Shown in pieces: positions 40,656-50,612 of a stretch of 64,000 bases of DNA. How positions within the stretch are numbered: the stretch's first letter is position 1; every line of letters starts with the position of its first letter. Origin of the DNA: an uncultured Haloferula sp. (lineage in GTDB: Bacteria; Verrucomicrobiota; Verrucomicrobiia; Verrucomicrobiales; Akkermansiaceae); assembly GCA_965652295.1 (NCBI GenBank), contig CBFGTS010000012.1:60706-124705 (forward strand). The letters are read 5' to 3'. The translations under genes were made by a program, and so were the position numbers. The notes below the pieces were generated by a model. The model made no database searches. It was not told the DNA's origin and worked only from the letters and a program-made list of their open reading frames with translations.

Positions 40656-42212
40656 ATGGCATCGCCGGCACCGACCCCTCTTCCACCCGACTCGCAGCCC
40701 GCGGTGGTCATCCACATCGGCGCGAGTTCCGTCTCCATGCTCATCGCAGAGCCCACCGCGGACGGATCGCACCTGCCGCTCGATTTCCTCGAACAGCCCG
40801 CGCCCCTTGCACGCGATATTTTCCGCCACGGCGAGATCACCGGCGAAACCATCGAGCGGATCGTCGCCATCCTCGGCGGCTTCGCCGACACCGCCCGGGA
40901 GAACGGCATCCACCTCGCCGAAACCACCGTCCGCGCCGTGGCCACCAACATCCTCGTGGAGGCCTCCAACCACGAACGCTTCCTCAACCGCATCCGGATT
41001 GCCTGCGGCCTCTCGGTCGTGCCGATCGATGACGGCGAAATGACCCGCCTCATCTACCTCAAGACGCGACGCCGGCTCAGGGACATGCCCGCCATGCAGC
41101 GGCCGCGAGCGTTGGTCATCCACGTCGGTCCCGGCAACACCCGCGCGCTGCTTTTCGAGGACGGCGCGATCTCCCGCTACACCTCCTACCGCATGGGTGC
41201 CCACCGCACGCGCGAAGCGATCGAAGGCTCGCACAACGGCGGTGCCGCGATGCTGCGCGTCATCCGCGAGAGTGGCTCGGCCAATCTCACCCAGCTCCGC
41301 TTCGACTACCACGACGTCACCGTCGATGCCCTGGTCCTCATCGGCTATGAAATCCAGCAGGTCGCCGGGTTCCTCACCGATGCCAAAGGCGCGTCCTCGC
41401 AAAAACACATGCGCCGCCTCGCCCGCCAAGCGGCGGAAATGAGCGACCTCGAACAAGTCCAGCATTTCCAGATCGACTACCAGACGGCGGAAGCCCTCGT
41501 GCCCTCGTTGGAAACCAATCTCGCCATCGCCGAAGCCCTCGGTACCGAACAGATCTACATCCCCTCCAGCGATTACGAAAAGGGCCTGCTGCTCGACCTG
41601 CTCGTCTCCGCCACCCTCACCGATTCGCTCGACCGCGAGGTCCTCCGCTCCGCCCGCATCCTTTCCGCCCGCTATCAATCCGACCCCAGCCACGGCGAAC
41701 ACGTCGGCCGCATTTCCCTGCACCTCTTCGACCGGCTCCAGGCCCTCCACGGCATGGGCTCCCACGACGCGCTGCTGCTCAAGGTCGCCGCCATCCTCCA
41801 CGAAGTGGGCACCTACGTCAGCCCGCGCGCCCACCACAAGCACTCGGAATACATCATCCTCAACAGCGAGATCTTCGGCCTCGACCGGCGCGATGTCACC
41901 ATCATCGCCCTCGTCTCCCGCTACCACCGCCACTCCGGGCCGAAGCTCGATCACCCCACCTACGCCACCCTCGATCCCGCCGACCGCATCCTCGTTTCCA
42001 AGCTCGCCGCCATCCTCCGCGTGGCCGACGCGCTCGAGCGCACCCATGCCCAGCGCGTGCGCGATATCATCGTCTCCACCGACAAACACCGCCTCAGCCT
42101 GCGTCTCCCCGGCGTCAGCGATGTGGCCGTGGAACGCCTCGCCATGCATGGAAAGGGCGACCTCTTCGCCGAAGTATTCGGCCTCGACGTCGTGATCGAG
42201 GATCCGGACTGA
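40656..42212 (+). CDS. Ppx/GppA-family protein with C-terminal HD-like domain; catalytic motifs degenerate
   Basis: Overall Ppx layout with RAVAT, AAILHEVG, HHKHS.YII and LRVADALE. Adjacent to ppk1. Start is 40623 or 40656. Confidence 0.85.
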   Translation: MASPAPTPLPPDSQPAVVIHIGASSVSMLIAEPTADGSHLPLDFLEQPAPLARDIFRHGEITGETIERIVAILGGFADTARENGIHLAETTVRAVATNILVEASNHERFLNRIRIACGLSVVPIDDGEMTRLIYLKTRRRLRDMPAMQRPRALVIHVGPGNTRALLFEDGAISRYTSYRMGAHRTREAIEGSHNGGAAMLRVIRESGSANLTQLRFDYHDVTVDALVLIGYEIQQVAGFLTDAKGASSQKHMRRLARQAAEMSDLEQVQHFQIDYQTAEALVPSLETNLAIAEALGTEQIYIPSSDYEKGLLLDLLVSATLTDSLDREVLRSARILSARYQSDPSHGEHVGRISLHLFDRLQALHGMGSHDALLLKVAAILHEVGTYVSPRAHHKHSEYIILNSEIFGLDRRDVTIIALVSRYHRHSGPKLDHPTYATLDPADRILVSKLAAILRVADALERTHAQRVRDIIVSTDKHRLSLRLPGVSDVAVERLAMHGKGDLFAEVFGLDVVIEDPD

Positions 42213-42249
42213 TGAACCCGCTCTTCCGATCTCAAATTTCACATCCCTG

Positions 42250-44346
42250 ATGTCCCTCCCCTACCTCAACCGCGAACTTTCCTGGCTGGAGTTCAACCAA
42301 CGGGTTCTCAACGAAGCCCTGCGCGCCGACCTGCCGCTGCTCGAGCGCCTCAAGTTCCTCGCCATCACCGCTTCGAACCTCGACGAATTCTTCCAGGTCC
42401 GGGTCGGCGGCCTGATGCTCATGCGCCGCAGCGGCCGCCAGCGCAAGGACCTCTCCGGCCTCACGCCGAACCAACAGATCCAGGCGATCCGCAAGCGCGT
42501 GCTGCATTTCCTCGCCGACCAATACGGACTCCTCTCCGCCACCCTCCTGCCCGAACTCGAAAAGCGTGGCCTGGTGCTCCTGCCCATCGATTCCCTCGAC
42601 GCCGCCCAGAGCGAGCAGGTCTCCGCCCATTTCCACTCGAACGTCGGTCCGCTCCTGACACCGCTCGCCATCGATCCCGAAGGCCCGCCGCCCCACGTTC
42701 CCGCACTCCAGATCACCCTCGCCTGCCGTCTGGTGGATGACGAGACCGGCACCACCCGCCACGCGCTCGTTCCCATCCCTGAAAACCTCGCCCGCCGCGT
42801 GCCGGTGGAAGTCCCCGGCGAGGCCCAGGCCTTCGTGCTCATCGAGGAAGTCGCGGCCCGCCACGCCGGCTCGCTTTTCCCTGGGGAAACCCTCGCCGCC
42901 ACCGCCGCCTTCCGGGTCACCCGCAATGGCGACATCGCCGTGCAGGAAGAGGACGCCATCGACCTCGCCGGCGAAATGGAGGACGTCCTCGCCGCCCGCA
43001 AGATCGCCGATACCGTACGGCTCGAACTCGGCAGCCCGATGCCGCGCGACCTCGCCAAGGTCATCCAGGACCTCTGCCGCGCCACCGCCGCGGAAACCTA
43101 CCGCTGCCCCGGCCCCCTCGGGCTCTCCGGGTTCATGGACATGGCTTTCACCCCCGGCTTCGATGACCTGCGCGATCCCGAATGGCCCGCCCAGCCCTCT
43201 CCCGACATCCCGCCCACCGAGCCGGTCTTCGACGCCATCGCCCGCGGCGACGTGCTACTGCACCACCCGTACGAAAGTTTCGAACCCGTCGTGCGCTTCA
43301 TCAGCGAGGCCGCCGCGGATCCCGACGTCCTCGCCATCAAACAGGTCCTCTACCGCACCGCCAGGAACTCGCGCATCATCGATGCCCTGATCCTCGCGGC
43401 GGAGAACGGCAAGCAGGTCACCGTGCTCGTCGAGCTCAAGGCCCGCTTCGACGAAGCCCGCAACCTCGTCCGCGCCGAGGAACTCCAACGCGCCGGTGCC
43501 CAGATCGTCTACGGCGTCAAAGGCCTCAAAACCCACGCCAAGATTTGCATGGTCGTCCGCCGCGAGGCCGGCCGCCTGCGCCGCTACGTCCACCTCGGCA
43601 CCGGCAACTACAACGAGTCCACCTCCCGCCTCTATACCGATATCTCGCTGCTCACCTGCCGCCCCGAATACGGCTCGGACGCCTCCCTGTTCTTCAACGC
43701 CGTGACCGGGCGATCGAAACTCCTCCGTTTCCAGCGCCTCGTCCCCGCCCCCACCGCCATGAAGCCGCGGCTGCTCTCGCTCATCGCCTCCGAAGCCGAG
43801 CGCGCGCGCCAGGGCGAGCCCGCCCGGATCATCGGAAAAATCAACTCCCTCCAGGATCCCGAGATCATCGCCGCCCTCTACGAGGCTTCCGCCGCCGGCG
43901 TGAAGATCCAGCTCAACGTTCGCGGCATCTGCTGCCTCAAGCCGGGAAACTCGAAGCGGCAGAAGAACATCACCGTCATTTCCATCATCGACCGCTTCCT
44001 CGAGCACGCCCGCATCTTCTATTTCCACAACGGCGACGACCCCGAGATCTTCATCGCCTCCGCCGACTGGATGGGCCGCAACCTCGACCGCCGCGTCGAG
44101 CTCATGATCCCCATCGAAGACACCCGCGCCCGCCGCCGTCTCATCCGCACGCTCGAAACCTATTTCCGCGACAACACCCAGGCCTCCCGCCTCCTGCCCA
44201 ACGGATCATCCGAGAAAATCCAGCCCGCGCCCGGCGAAAAATCCGTCCGTGCCCAGGACCAGTTCTTCCGCGAGGCCCGCCGCTCCGCCAAAGCCCGCGA
44301 GCACGAGCGCGCCATGCGCTTCGAGCCCCACCTTCCCTCCGAGTAG
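42250..44346 (+). CDS. ppk1: Polyphosphate kinase 1
   Basis: YLNRELSWLEFNQRVL, LLHHPYESF, ELKARFDE, LKTHAK (phospho-His) and RFLEHARI. Confidence 0.97.
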   Translation: MSLPYLNRELSWLEFNQRVLNEALRADLPLLERLKFLAITASNLDEFFQVRVGGLMLMRRSGRQRKDLSGLTPNQQIQAIRKRVLHFLADQYGLLSATLLPELEKRGLVLLPIDSLDAAQSEQVSAHFHSNVGPLLTPLAIDPEGPPPHVPALQITLACRLVDDETGTTRHALVPIPENLARRVPVEVPGEAQAFVLIEEVAARHAGSLFPGETLAATAAFRVTRNGDIAVQEEDAIDLAGEMEDVLAARKIADTVRLELGSPMPRDLAKVIQDLCRATAAETYRCPGPLGLSGFMDMAFTPGFDDLRDPEWPAQPSPDIPPTEPVFDAIARGDVLLHHPYESFEPVVRFISEAAADPDVLAIKQVLYRTARNSRIIDALILAAENGKQVTVLVELKARFDEARNLVRAEELQRAGAQIVYGVKGLKTHAKICMVVRREAGRLRRYVHLGTGNYNESTSRLYTDISLLTCRPEYGSDASLFFNAVTGRSKLLRFQRLVPAPTAMKPRLLSLIASEAERARQGEPARIIGKINSLQDPEIIAALYEASAAGVKIQLNVRGICCLKPGNSKRQKNITVISIIDRFLEHARIFYFHNGDDPEIFIASADWMGRNLDRRVELMIPIEDTRARRRLIRTLETYFRDNTQASRLLPNGSSEKIQPAPGEKSVRAQDQFFREARRSAKAREHERAMRFEPHLPSE

Positions 44347-44379
44347 CACCTCACCCTTGCACTCCACCACCGGCTGTAG

Positions 44380-44400
44380 GTAGTTCCCTCCTTCAGGGGG
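44380..44400 (+). repeat. GTAG-type REP-like element
   Basis: GTAGTTCCCTCCTTCAGGGGG, near-identical to the copy at 50593. Confidence 0.55.
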
Positions 44401-44441
44401 CTCCATCGGTCCTGTCCCCCTTCCATCCTCCATCTCCCATC

Positions 44442-45290
44442 ATGACCATCGAACCCGTCGGCACCATCCACTCGAAGTGGGGCGAAGGCCCCATCTGGCA
44501 CCAGAACGCGCTCTATTACGTCGATATCGAAGGCCACCTCGTCCACCGCTACGATCCCGCCACCGGCCGTGAAACCTCATGGGATGTCGGCGAGCGCGTC
44601 GGCACCGTCGTCGCCCGCGATTCCGGCGGCCTCGTCATCGCCGGCGACACCGGTTTCCATTTCCTCGACCCGGACACCGGCAAGCTCACCCCCATCTCCG
44701 ACCCCGAGCCGGACAAGCCCGACAACCGCTTCAACGACGGCAAATGCTCGCCCGACGGACGCTTCTTCGCCGGCTCCATCTCCCTCGTCAAAAAAACCGG
44801 AGACGCCCGGCTTTACCGTCTCGATCACGACCTCTCCGTTCACGAAGTCTTCGGACCCGTCACCAACTCCAATGGCATCGTCTGGAGCGCCGACGGTCGC
44901 ACCTGCTACTACATCGATACCCCCCGCAAGGAAGTCCTCGCCTTCGACTACGCCGACGGCCACCTCAGCAACCTCCGCGGCGTCATCGATACCTCCGCGC
45001 ACGACGCATCGCCCGATGGCATGACCATCGACGCCGATGGCAACCTCTGGATCGCCTTCTGCCACGGAGCCTGCGTCATCTGCTACTCGCCCAAGACCGG
45101 CGAAGAGCTGCGCCGCATCGACCTCCCCTGCCTCGAAACCACCGCCTGCGCCTTCGGCGGATCGGACCTCGCCGACCTCTACGTCACCACCGGCGTCCAC
45201 AAAACCGAAGTCGAGGAACTCGCCGGCCGCCTCCTCGTCATCAAGGGCCTCGGCGTGAAAGGCCTGCCTGCGCATACCTTCGCAGGGTGA
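44442..45290 (+). CDS. SMP-30/gluconolactonase family protein
   Basis: GEGPIW, NRFNDGKCSPDGR, SNGIVWS, PDGMTIDADGNLW and AFGG. Start MTIEP. Confidence 0.93.
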   Translation: MTIEPVGTIHSKWGEGPIWHQNALYYVDIEGHLVHRYDPATGRETSWDVGERVGTVVARDSGGLVIAGDTGFHFLDPDTGKLTPISDPEPDKPDNRFNDGKCSPDGRFFAGSISLVKKTGDARLYRLDHDLSVHEVFGPVTNSNGIVWSADGRTCYYIDTPRKEVLAFDYADGHLSNLRGVIDTSAHDASPDGMTIDADGNLWIAFCHGACVICYSPKTGEELRRIDLPCLETTACAFGGSDLADLYVTTGVHKTEVEELAGRLLVIKGLGVKGLPAHTFAG

Positions 45291-45309
45291 GGCTTAGGTT
45301 CGGCGTTTC

Positions 45310-45615
45310 GTGAAAGAGCCGGTCTACGATCAGGAACCCGCAATCCGCCGTCATCGGATCGCACTCGTCATTGCGACGTTCGCCTTTCTGGTCGCTTACA
45401 GCCTCCTCAGTCGTCCCGCCTATGCGATTCGCGCGGGAGCCATTCTGGTCCTCCCGGCTTTTCCGATCTGGTTTTCGGAACAGTTGGCCAATCATGAGAT
45501 GGGGGGGAGCACCGGTCGGCTCACTCCCCATGCCATCGAGCGGCTGACCCGATGGGGAGGTTGGCTCGTTTACGGCTTGTTGGTTTGGATCCGTTTCCGG
45601 CCCTGGCTGGCATGA
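45310..45615 (+). CDS. Small membrane hypothetical protein
   Basis: 101-aa ORF with about three hydrophobic segments that fills the gap. Codon usage looks atypical. Confidence 0.45.
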   Translation: MKEPVYDQEPAIRRHRIALVIATFAFLVAYSLLSRPAYAIRAGAILVLPAFPIWFSEQLANHEMGGSTGRLTPHAIERLTRWGGWLVYGLLVWIRFRPWLA

Positions 45616-45622
45616 CCCACGA

Positions 45623-46327
45623 TCACTTCCTGCCGATCCGCGGAATCCGTTTGATCCACGACCACGAAAGCCCGCCGACCACGTAGGCGGAGCCGCAGCC
45701 CAGCACCACCGATTGCTCGCCGTGCAGCAACCACACCGCCCCGGCCGCGCCGCCGAGGGCGAAGGCCACCGCCAAGGCCAGCGGCGTCGTGATTTTCCAG
45801 GTCTCCACCCGGTGCCCGCGCAACCGCATGCCCAGCAGTTGCCCGAGGTCCGTCAACAAACCGGTGATATGCGTCGTCCGCAGAACCAAGCCGCGGAACC
45901 GCGTGGCCAGCGCGTTCTGCATCCCGCATGCCCACGCCGCCGACAGGCAGCTCGCATGGATCGAAAACTCCGTCAGCCCGTACGATCCCAGCAACAGCAC
46001 CCCGATCGCCACGATCGATCGACCGTAGGGTCGCCCCAACTCGATGGAGGGGTGGTGAATGAAAAAGCCCGAAGTCGCCGCTCCGCCCACGAATCCGACC
46101 ACCGTCACCATCAGAATCGCCGCATGCGGAATCCAGTGGTCCCCGCCTCTCACCATTTCCATGGTGATCCGGGAATAGTCGCCGGTGAGATGACTGACGG
46201 AAACGCCCAGGCGGATCATGAAATCCATGTTCACCGCCGCGGCCAGCGCCGCCAACAGGCATCCGCCGACCAAAACCCATCCCGGTGTCGCCGACCGGGA
46301 TTCCGCAGACTCAGCGTCTTCTGACAC
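45623..46327 (-). CDS. YoaK/DUF1275 family membrane protein
   Basis: VSHLTG, GMQNA and RTTHITGLLTDLG motifs. GTG start inferred. Confidence 0.85.
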   Translation of the reverse strand: MSEDAESAESRSATPGWVLVGGCLLAALAAAVNMDFMIRLGVSVSHLTGDYSRITMEMVRGGDHWIPHAAILMVTVVGFVGGAATSGFFIHHPSIELGRPYGRSIVAIGVLLLGSYGLTEFSIHASCLSAAWACGMQNALATRFRGLVLRTTHITGLLTDLGQLLGMRLRGHRVETWKITTPLALAVAFALGGAAGAVWLLHGEQSVVLGCGSAYVVGGLSWSWIKRIPRIGRK

Positions 46328-46451
46328 ATGCACGCCCCCTGATGTCTCCCTTCTCCGGAGCCACAAGCTGAAACTCACCGCCCTGGCTGCATCCGGTTGG
46401 CGGGAGCCCTCGCCTGCCCCGTCCACTACAAAGCCCGTCCCCTCCCTCCCA

Positions 46452-46480
46452 TTGACGCAGTCCGGCCTGTTCCCTAGCCT
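46452..46480 (+). promoter_or_regulatory. Putative sigma70 promoter for ktrBA
   Basis: TTGACG-17-TAGCCT. Confidence 0.6.
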
Positions 46481-46513
46481 CCGGCCACCTCGCAGAGGGC
46501 GGGGCCATGCGTT

Positions 46514-48271
46514 GTGACTCTCTCGCCTCACTCGGTCCGGCTCCTGAACTTGGCAGCGCTCTTCTTCGGCCTCGGAATCTGCGGGCTTCTGGTTCACGAA
46601 ATCGGATGGGACATGGACCGCGCGGGCCGCGATCGCGATTCGCTCCTCACCGCCCTGCTCGCGGGCGGCATCCTGGCCACCGAAATCCTCCGCCTGATCG
46701 GAGCCCGCACGGAGCGCAGGAAATGGCGCAGCCGCCTCACCTTCCTCGCCATCCCCTTCATCGCGCTCGTGGAGCTGTTCTTCAGTGAATGGCTGCGCGA
46801 CATGGGAGAAAAGGGTTCCGCCGTCCGGACCAGCGGACTCTTCCTCCTCGCCATCAGCCAGCTCACCCTGGTGGGCGACACACTGCTGCGCTTCGTCCGG
46901 CTCACCAGTGAACGCCGCTTCCGCCGCCTGCCTCCTGCGGTGCTCGTCGTGGGCACCTTTGTCCTCGCCATTCTGATCGGTGCCGGCCTCCTGATGACAC
47001 CCCGTGCCACCACTGATGGCATCGGATGGCTCGACGCCCTCTTCACCAGCACCAGCGCCGTCTGCGTGACCGGGCTGGCCACGCTCGATACTCCGACCGA
47101 TTTCACCTTCACCGGCCAGGCGATCATCCTCGTCCTCATTCAGATCGGCGGACTCGGCGTGATGACCCTCGCCTATTTCCTCACCCTGATGAGCGGCCAG
47201 GGCATCGGCCTGCGCGACCGCGCCCTGCTCGGCGAGATTCTCTCGGAATCCAACATCCACCAGGTCGGCCGCGTCGTCTCCAGGATCGTCGGCATCACCC
47301 TTCTCGCAGAAGGCGCGGGCGCGTTCCTTCTCTACCTCTGCTGGCGGGGTGAGGGCTCACTGGAGGACCCGTTCTGGCAAGCCTTGTTCCACTCCATTTC
47401 CGCCTTCTGCAACGCCGGCTTTTCCACCCTTTCCGGCGGTCTGATGAACCCGGTCGCGGTCGATGATCACGCGGCTCAGACAGTCGTCATGCTCCTCATC
47501 ATCCTCGGCGGCCTCGGCTTCGTCGTCTCCGGCCAGATCCACCGCGTGGTCATCGCCCCGTTGCGGAAAAACCGGCTCAACCCCTGGAAGCGCACCCGAG
47601 GCGCCGCCGAGCGGGTACCGGTCCATGTGCGCCTGGTGCTGATCACCACCGCCGCGCTGCTGATCGGCGGCGGCGTCGGGTTCTGGGTTCTCGACGTCGG
47701 ACAGCCCGCTCCCGCCGGACGCGCCTGGACCGCGGCTTTCAACAGCGTCACCGCGCGGACCGCCGGCTTCAACGTCTCTGACATGGCCGCGTTGCCCGCC
47801 TCGGGGGTGGTCCTAATGTGTTTTCTCATGATCGTCGGCGGCAGCCCCGGAGGCACGGCAGGCGGCGTCCGCACCACGACCTTCGCCCTCTCCCTGCTCG
47901 AGCTCCAGCGCCTCGTCCGCGGCCGGGCCGACGTCCAGTTCGCCGGGCGGAGGATTCCACGTTCGGTGCTCGATCGCTGCCACGTCACGCTGTTCCTCTC
48001 GCTGCTGTGGATCCTGGTTTCCACGCTGCTCATCGCCGCCGCGGAGCCGGCGCTCCGCTTTGACGACGTGCTCTTCGAATGCGTCAGCGCCTTCGCCACC
48101 GTCGGCCTCAGCCGTGGCATCACCGCGGACCTCGGGCCGTTCTCGCAGTTCGTGATCATCCTTTCCATGCTGATCGGCCGGATCGGCATCCTCACCTTCG
48201 CCTTCACCCTCGCCGGGGCCCCTCGCCCCCACCACTACCGCTATCCGGAAGCCCGGCTTCCGTTGAACTAA
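46514..48271 (+). CDS. KtrB/TrkH-family potassium uptake membrane subunit with extra N-terminal TM helices
   Basis: Four pore motifs VCVTGL, FCNAGF, ARTAGF and ATVGLS, plus GGSPGGTAGGVRTTT. Confidence 0.93.
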   Translation: MTLSPHSVRLLNLAALFFGLGICGLLVHEIGWDMDRAGRDRDSLLTALLAGGILATEILRLIGARTERRKWRSRLTFLAIPFIALVELFFSEWLRDMGEKGSAVRTSGLFLLAISQLTLVGDTLLRFVRLTSERRFRRLPPAVLVVGTFVLAILIGAGLLMTPRATTDGIGWLDALFTSTSAVCVTGLATLDTPTDFTFTGQAIILVLIQIGGLGVMTLAYFLTLMSGQGIGLRDRALLGEILSESNIHQVGRVVSRIVGITLLAEGAGAFLLYLCWRGEGSLEDPFWQALFHSISAFCNAGFSTLSGGLMNPVAVDDHAAQTVVMLLIILGGLGFVVSGQIHRVVIAPLRKNRLNPWKRTRGAAERVPVHVRLVLITTAALLIGGGVGFWVLDVGQPAPAGRAWTAAFNSVTARTAGFNVSDMAALPASGVVLMCFLMIVGGSPGGTAGGVRTTTFALSLLELQRLVRGRADVQFAGRRIPRSVLDRCHVTLFLSLLWILVSTLLIAAAEPALRFDDVLFECVSAFATVGLSRGITADLGPFSQFVIILSMLIGRIGILTFAFTLAGAPRPHHYRYPEARLPLN

Positions 48272-48277
48272 ATCACT

Positions 48278-48964
48278 ATGAGAATCGCCATCATCGGACT
48301 CGGAAAATTCGGCCGCAGCCTCGTCAGCGAGCTTTCCCGCATGGACCACGAGGTCCTCGCCATCGACCTCCGCGAGGAACTCGTCGAAAAGGTCAAGGAC
48401 GAGGCCACCTACGCGGTGATCGCGGACGCCTCGACCAAGGAAGTGATCGAGGAACTCGCGCTCCAGTCAATGGAGCTCATCATCGTCGCCATCGGCAAAG
48501 GCTTCGAGGCCAGCATGATGGTCACCACCCGGTTGATGCAACTCAAGGGCCCGAAGCTCTTCGTGCGCTCGATTTCCGACCTCCACCACGAGTTGCTGGA
48601 AATGGCCGGCGTCCATGAGGCGATCCGCGTCGAATCCCTCGCGGCGGCCAATTTTGCCCACCGGCTCAATCACCTCGAATTTATCCGCCACATTCTCATC
48701 GGTGACCTCCACGCCGTCGCCGAGCTGCGCGTGCCGGAGGAATTCATCGGCCGCACCCTGCGCGATGTGGACTTGAGGTCGAAGCATCGCCTCAACCTGA
48801 TCACCGTGCTTTCCTTGAAGGAAGGCAGCGAACGCCACGCGCTGGAATCCATCCCCGCGCCCGACCATGAGTTCAAGCGCGGTGACGTGCTGGTTCTCTA
48901 CGGCCATGAACGCGATCTGGGCGAATTCGCGGCGACCTACGGAATCGGTGAGCTTGAGAAATGA
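48278..48964 (+). CDS. KtrA/TrkA-family regulatory subunit (RCK_N plus RCK_C)
   Basis: IIGLGKFG Rossmann motif and a C-terminal TrkA_C domain. Immediately follows the ktrB-like gene. Confidence 0.92.
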   Translation: MRIAIIGLGKFGRSLVSELSRMDHEVLAIDLREELVEKVKDEATYAVIADASTKEVIEELALQSMELIIVAIGKGFEASMMVTTRLMQLKGPKLFVRSISDLHHELLEMAGVHEAIRVESLAAANFAHRLNHLEFIRHILIGDLHAVAELRVPEEFIGRTLRDVDLRSKHRLNLITVLSLKEGSERHALESIPAPDHEFKRGDVLVLYGHERDLGEFAATYGIGELEK

Positions 48965-49007
48965 TCTTCACTCCGCCCGTATGCGGGTGTAGGCCCACGC
49001 CATCCAT

Positions 49008-50144
49008 TTGAAGCTGCTTTTCTACAACGACCGGCCCGTCTTCGGCGGTCATGAGGCCATGACGCTTCATGGCCTCGAAGCGCTCCTCACCGATCCGGGG
49101 TGCCGCATCCATTTCATCGCCTCCGAGGAAAACACCACGCTTCTCAAACGCCTCGCCGCCCTCGCCGGCCAGCATCCTCAACTGAGCTTCGAGGAAACCG
49201 ATGAACAACCGTCGCGCTTCGAGGCGGCCCGCCACTTCTTCTGCCGCGGGCGCATCGCCGATCTCGCCGCCACCATCGAAAGGTTCGCGCCCGACGCCGT
49301 CGTCTCCGTCCAAGGAGGGCTCGAGCTTTCCTCGCTCGGGATCCTGGCCGCCCGCAGGGCCCGGGTGAAGGCCATCAGCTACCTGGCCATGCCGCACACC
49401 TACCGCACCATGGGCGCACGGCTCGCCGGGGTGCTCGATCGCCTCACGCCTTCACTCATCGGCGTGCCGGATGCCTACATCACCCTCTCCGATGAAATGG
49501 CCGGCCTCCTTCGCGAGCGCGGTGCCACCGTGCCCGTCGAGGTGCTTTATCCCGGCATCGATACCTCACTTTTCACCCCCGGTGACCGCATCGAGGCACG
49601 CCGCGCCCTCGATCTGCCCGAGGACGCCCCCGTACTGGCCTGCGTCGGCCGCATCGATTTCTCCCAGAAACAGCAGGACCGCCTGCTGCGCGCCGTCGCC
49701 CGACCGAACCTCGCCGAGGTCCACCTGTTCTTCGCCGGTGATGGCCCGGACTCCGCCACGCTCGACGAGCAGATCCAAGCCCGGGGCCTTGCCTCGCGCG
49801 TCCGCCGCCAGCCGTGGGTCGATACCGCCAGCCTCTACCGCGCCGCCGACGTCGTCGTCATCCCATCCCGCTACGAGGGCGTGCCGCTCGTCATGCTCGA
49901 GGCCCTCGCCTGCGGCACCCCGGTACTCGGAACTGATCGCGACGGGATGCGCGACATTCTCCCGGACGACCACCGCATCGATGCCAGCACGAGCCTCACT
50001 CTCTCCCACGAGTTACGCTCTTATCTTGATGGCACTCGCCCGCCGCCGTCCGCGGACCTCATCCAGGGCATTCGTACCAAGATGAGCCTGGAAGCCTTCC
50101 ATGATCGCTTCCGCGAAATCCTCAGCCAGCTTGCCGGCCGATGA
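49008..50144 (+). CDS. Glycosyltransferase family 4
   Basis: FGGHE, VGRI...QK and PSRYEGVPLVMLEALACGTPV. TTG start. Confidence 0.9.
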   Translation: MKLLFYNDRPVFGGHEAMTLHGLEALLTDPGCRIHFIASEENTTLLKRLAALAGQHPQLSFEETDEQPSRFEAARHFFCRGRIADLAATIERFAPDAVVSVQGGLELSSLGILAARRARVKAISYLAMPHTYRTMGARLAGVLDRLTPSLIGVPDAYITLSDEMAGLLRERGATVPVEVLYPGIDTSLFTPGDRIEARRALDLPEDAPVLACVGRIDFSQKQQDRLLRAVARPNLAEVHLFFAGDGPDSATLDEQIQARGLASRVRRQPWVDTASLYRAADVVVIPSRYEGVPLVMLEALACGTPVLGTDRDGMRDILPDDHRIDASTSLTLSHELRSYLDGTRPPPSADLIQGIRTKMSLEAFHDRFREILSQLAGR

Positions 50145-50596
50145 TGCCCGTTGCTGAACCGCACAAGGAACTCCGTTTCACCCGTGCCCGCCAGGCCACG
50201 GGGTTCTTTTTCGCCTCGGGCATCGCCCTCTCGGCCGCCATCACGCTGTTCACTATCGGCATCTTCCGCGAAACCCCTCATCCCGCCTGGGCCCTCGTCC
50301 CGCTCGCGTTCGCCCTCGGCCTCGGTCGCGCGGCCCTCCACTGCGCCCGTCACGCCTATCTGATCCTTTCGCCCATCGGCATCGAGGTTTTTCCGCTCAT
50401 CCGCCCGGCCAGCGGCATGCAGGTCGTCGCGTGGAGCGAGATCGCCGCCATCGAGATCGACGAGCAGGAAATCACACTCCATTTCAACCCCGAGCGCACC
50501 GCCGGCATCCACCTCACCCTTTCCCCCATCTCCCGCTCCACCCGGCCCCTCCTGCTCCGCGCCCTCGAAGGCAGATCCACCTCCACCCGCACGTAG
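50141..50596 (+). CDS. Hypothetical membrane protein (2 TM helices plus a small beta domain)
   Basis: 4-nt overlap with the glycosyltransferase gene, two hydrophobic helices and a WSEIAAIE (PH-like) segment. Confidence 0.7.
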   Translation: MMPVAEPHKELRFTRARQATGFFFASGIALSAAITLFTIGIFRETPHPAWALVPLAFALGLGRAALHCARHAYLILSPIGIEVFPLIRPASGMQVVAWSEIAAIEIDEQEITLHFNPERTAGIHLTLSPISRSTRPLLLRALEGRSTSTRT

Positions 50597-50612
50597 TCCC
50601 CCCTTCAGGGGG
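50593..50612 (+). repeat. GTAG-type REP-like element
   Basis: GTAGTCCCCCCTTCAGGGGG. Its GTAG contains the TAG stop of the preceding gene. Confidence 0.55.

Noticed and set aside
46328..46513. c-di-AMP (ydaO) riboswitch upstream of ktrBA
   Set aside because: The putative promoter lies only about 33 nt before the start codon, and I could not match the ydaO consensus.
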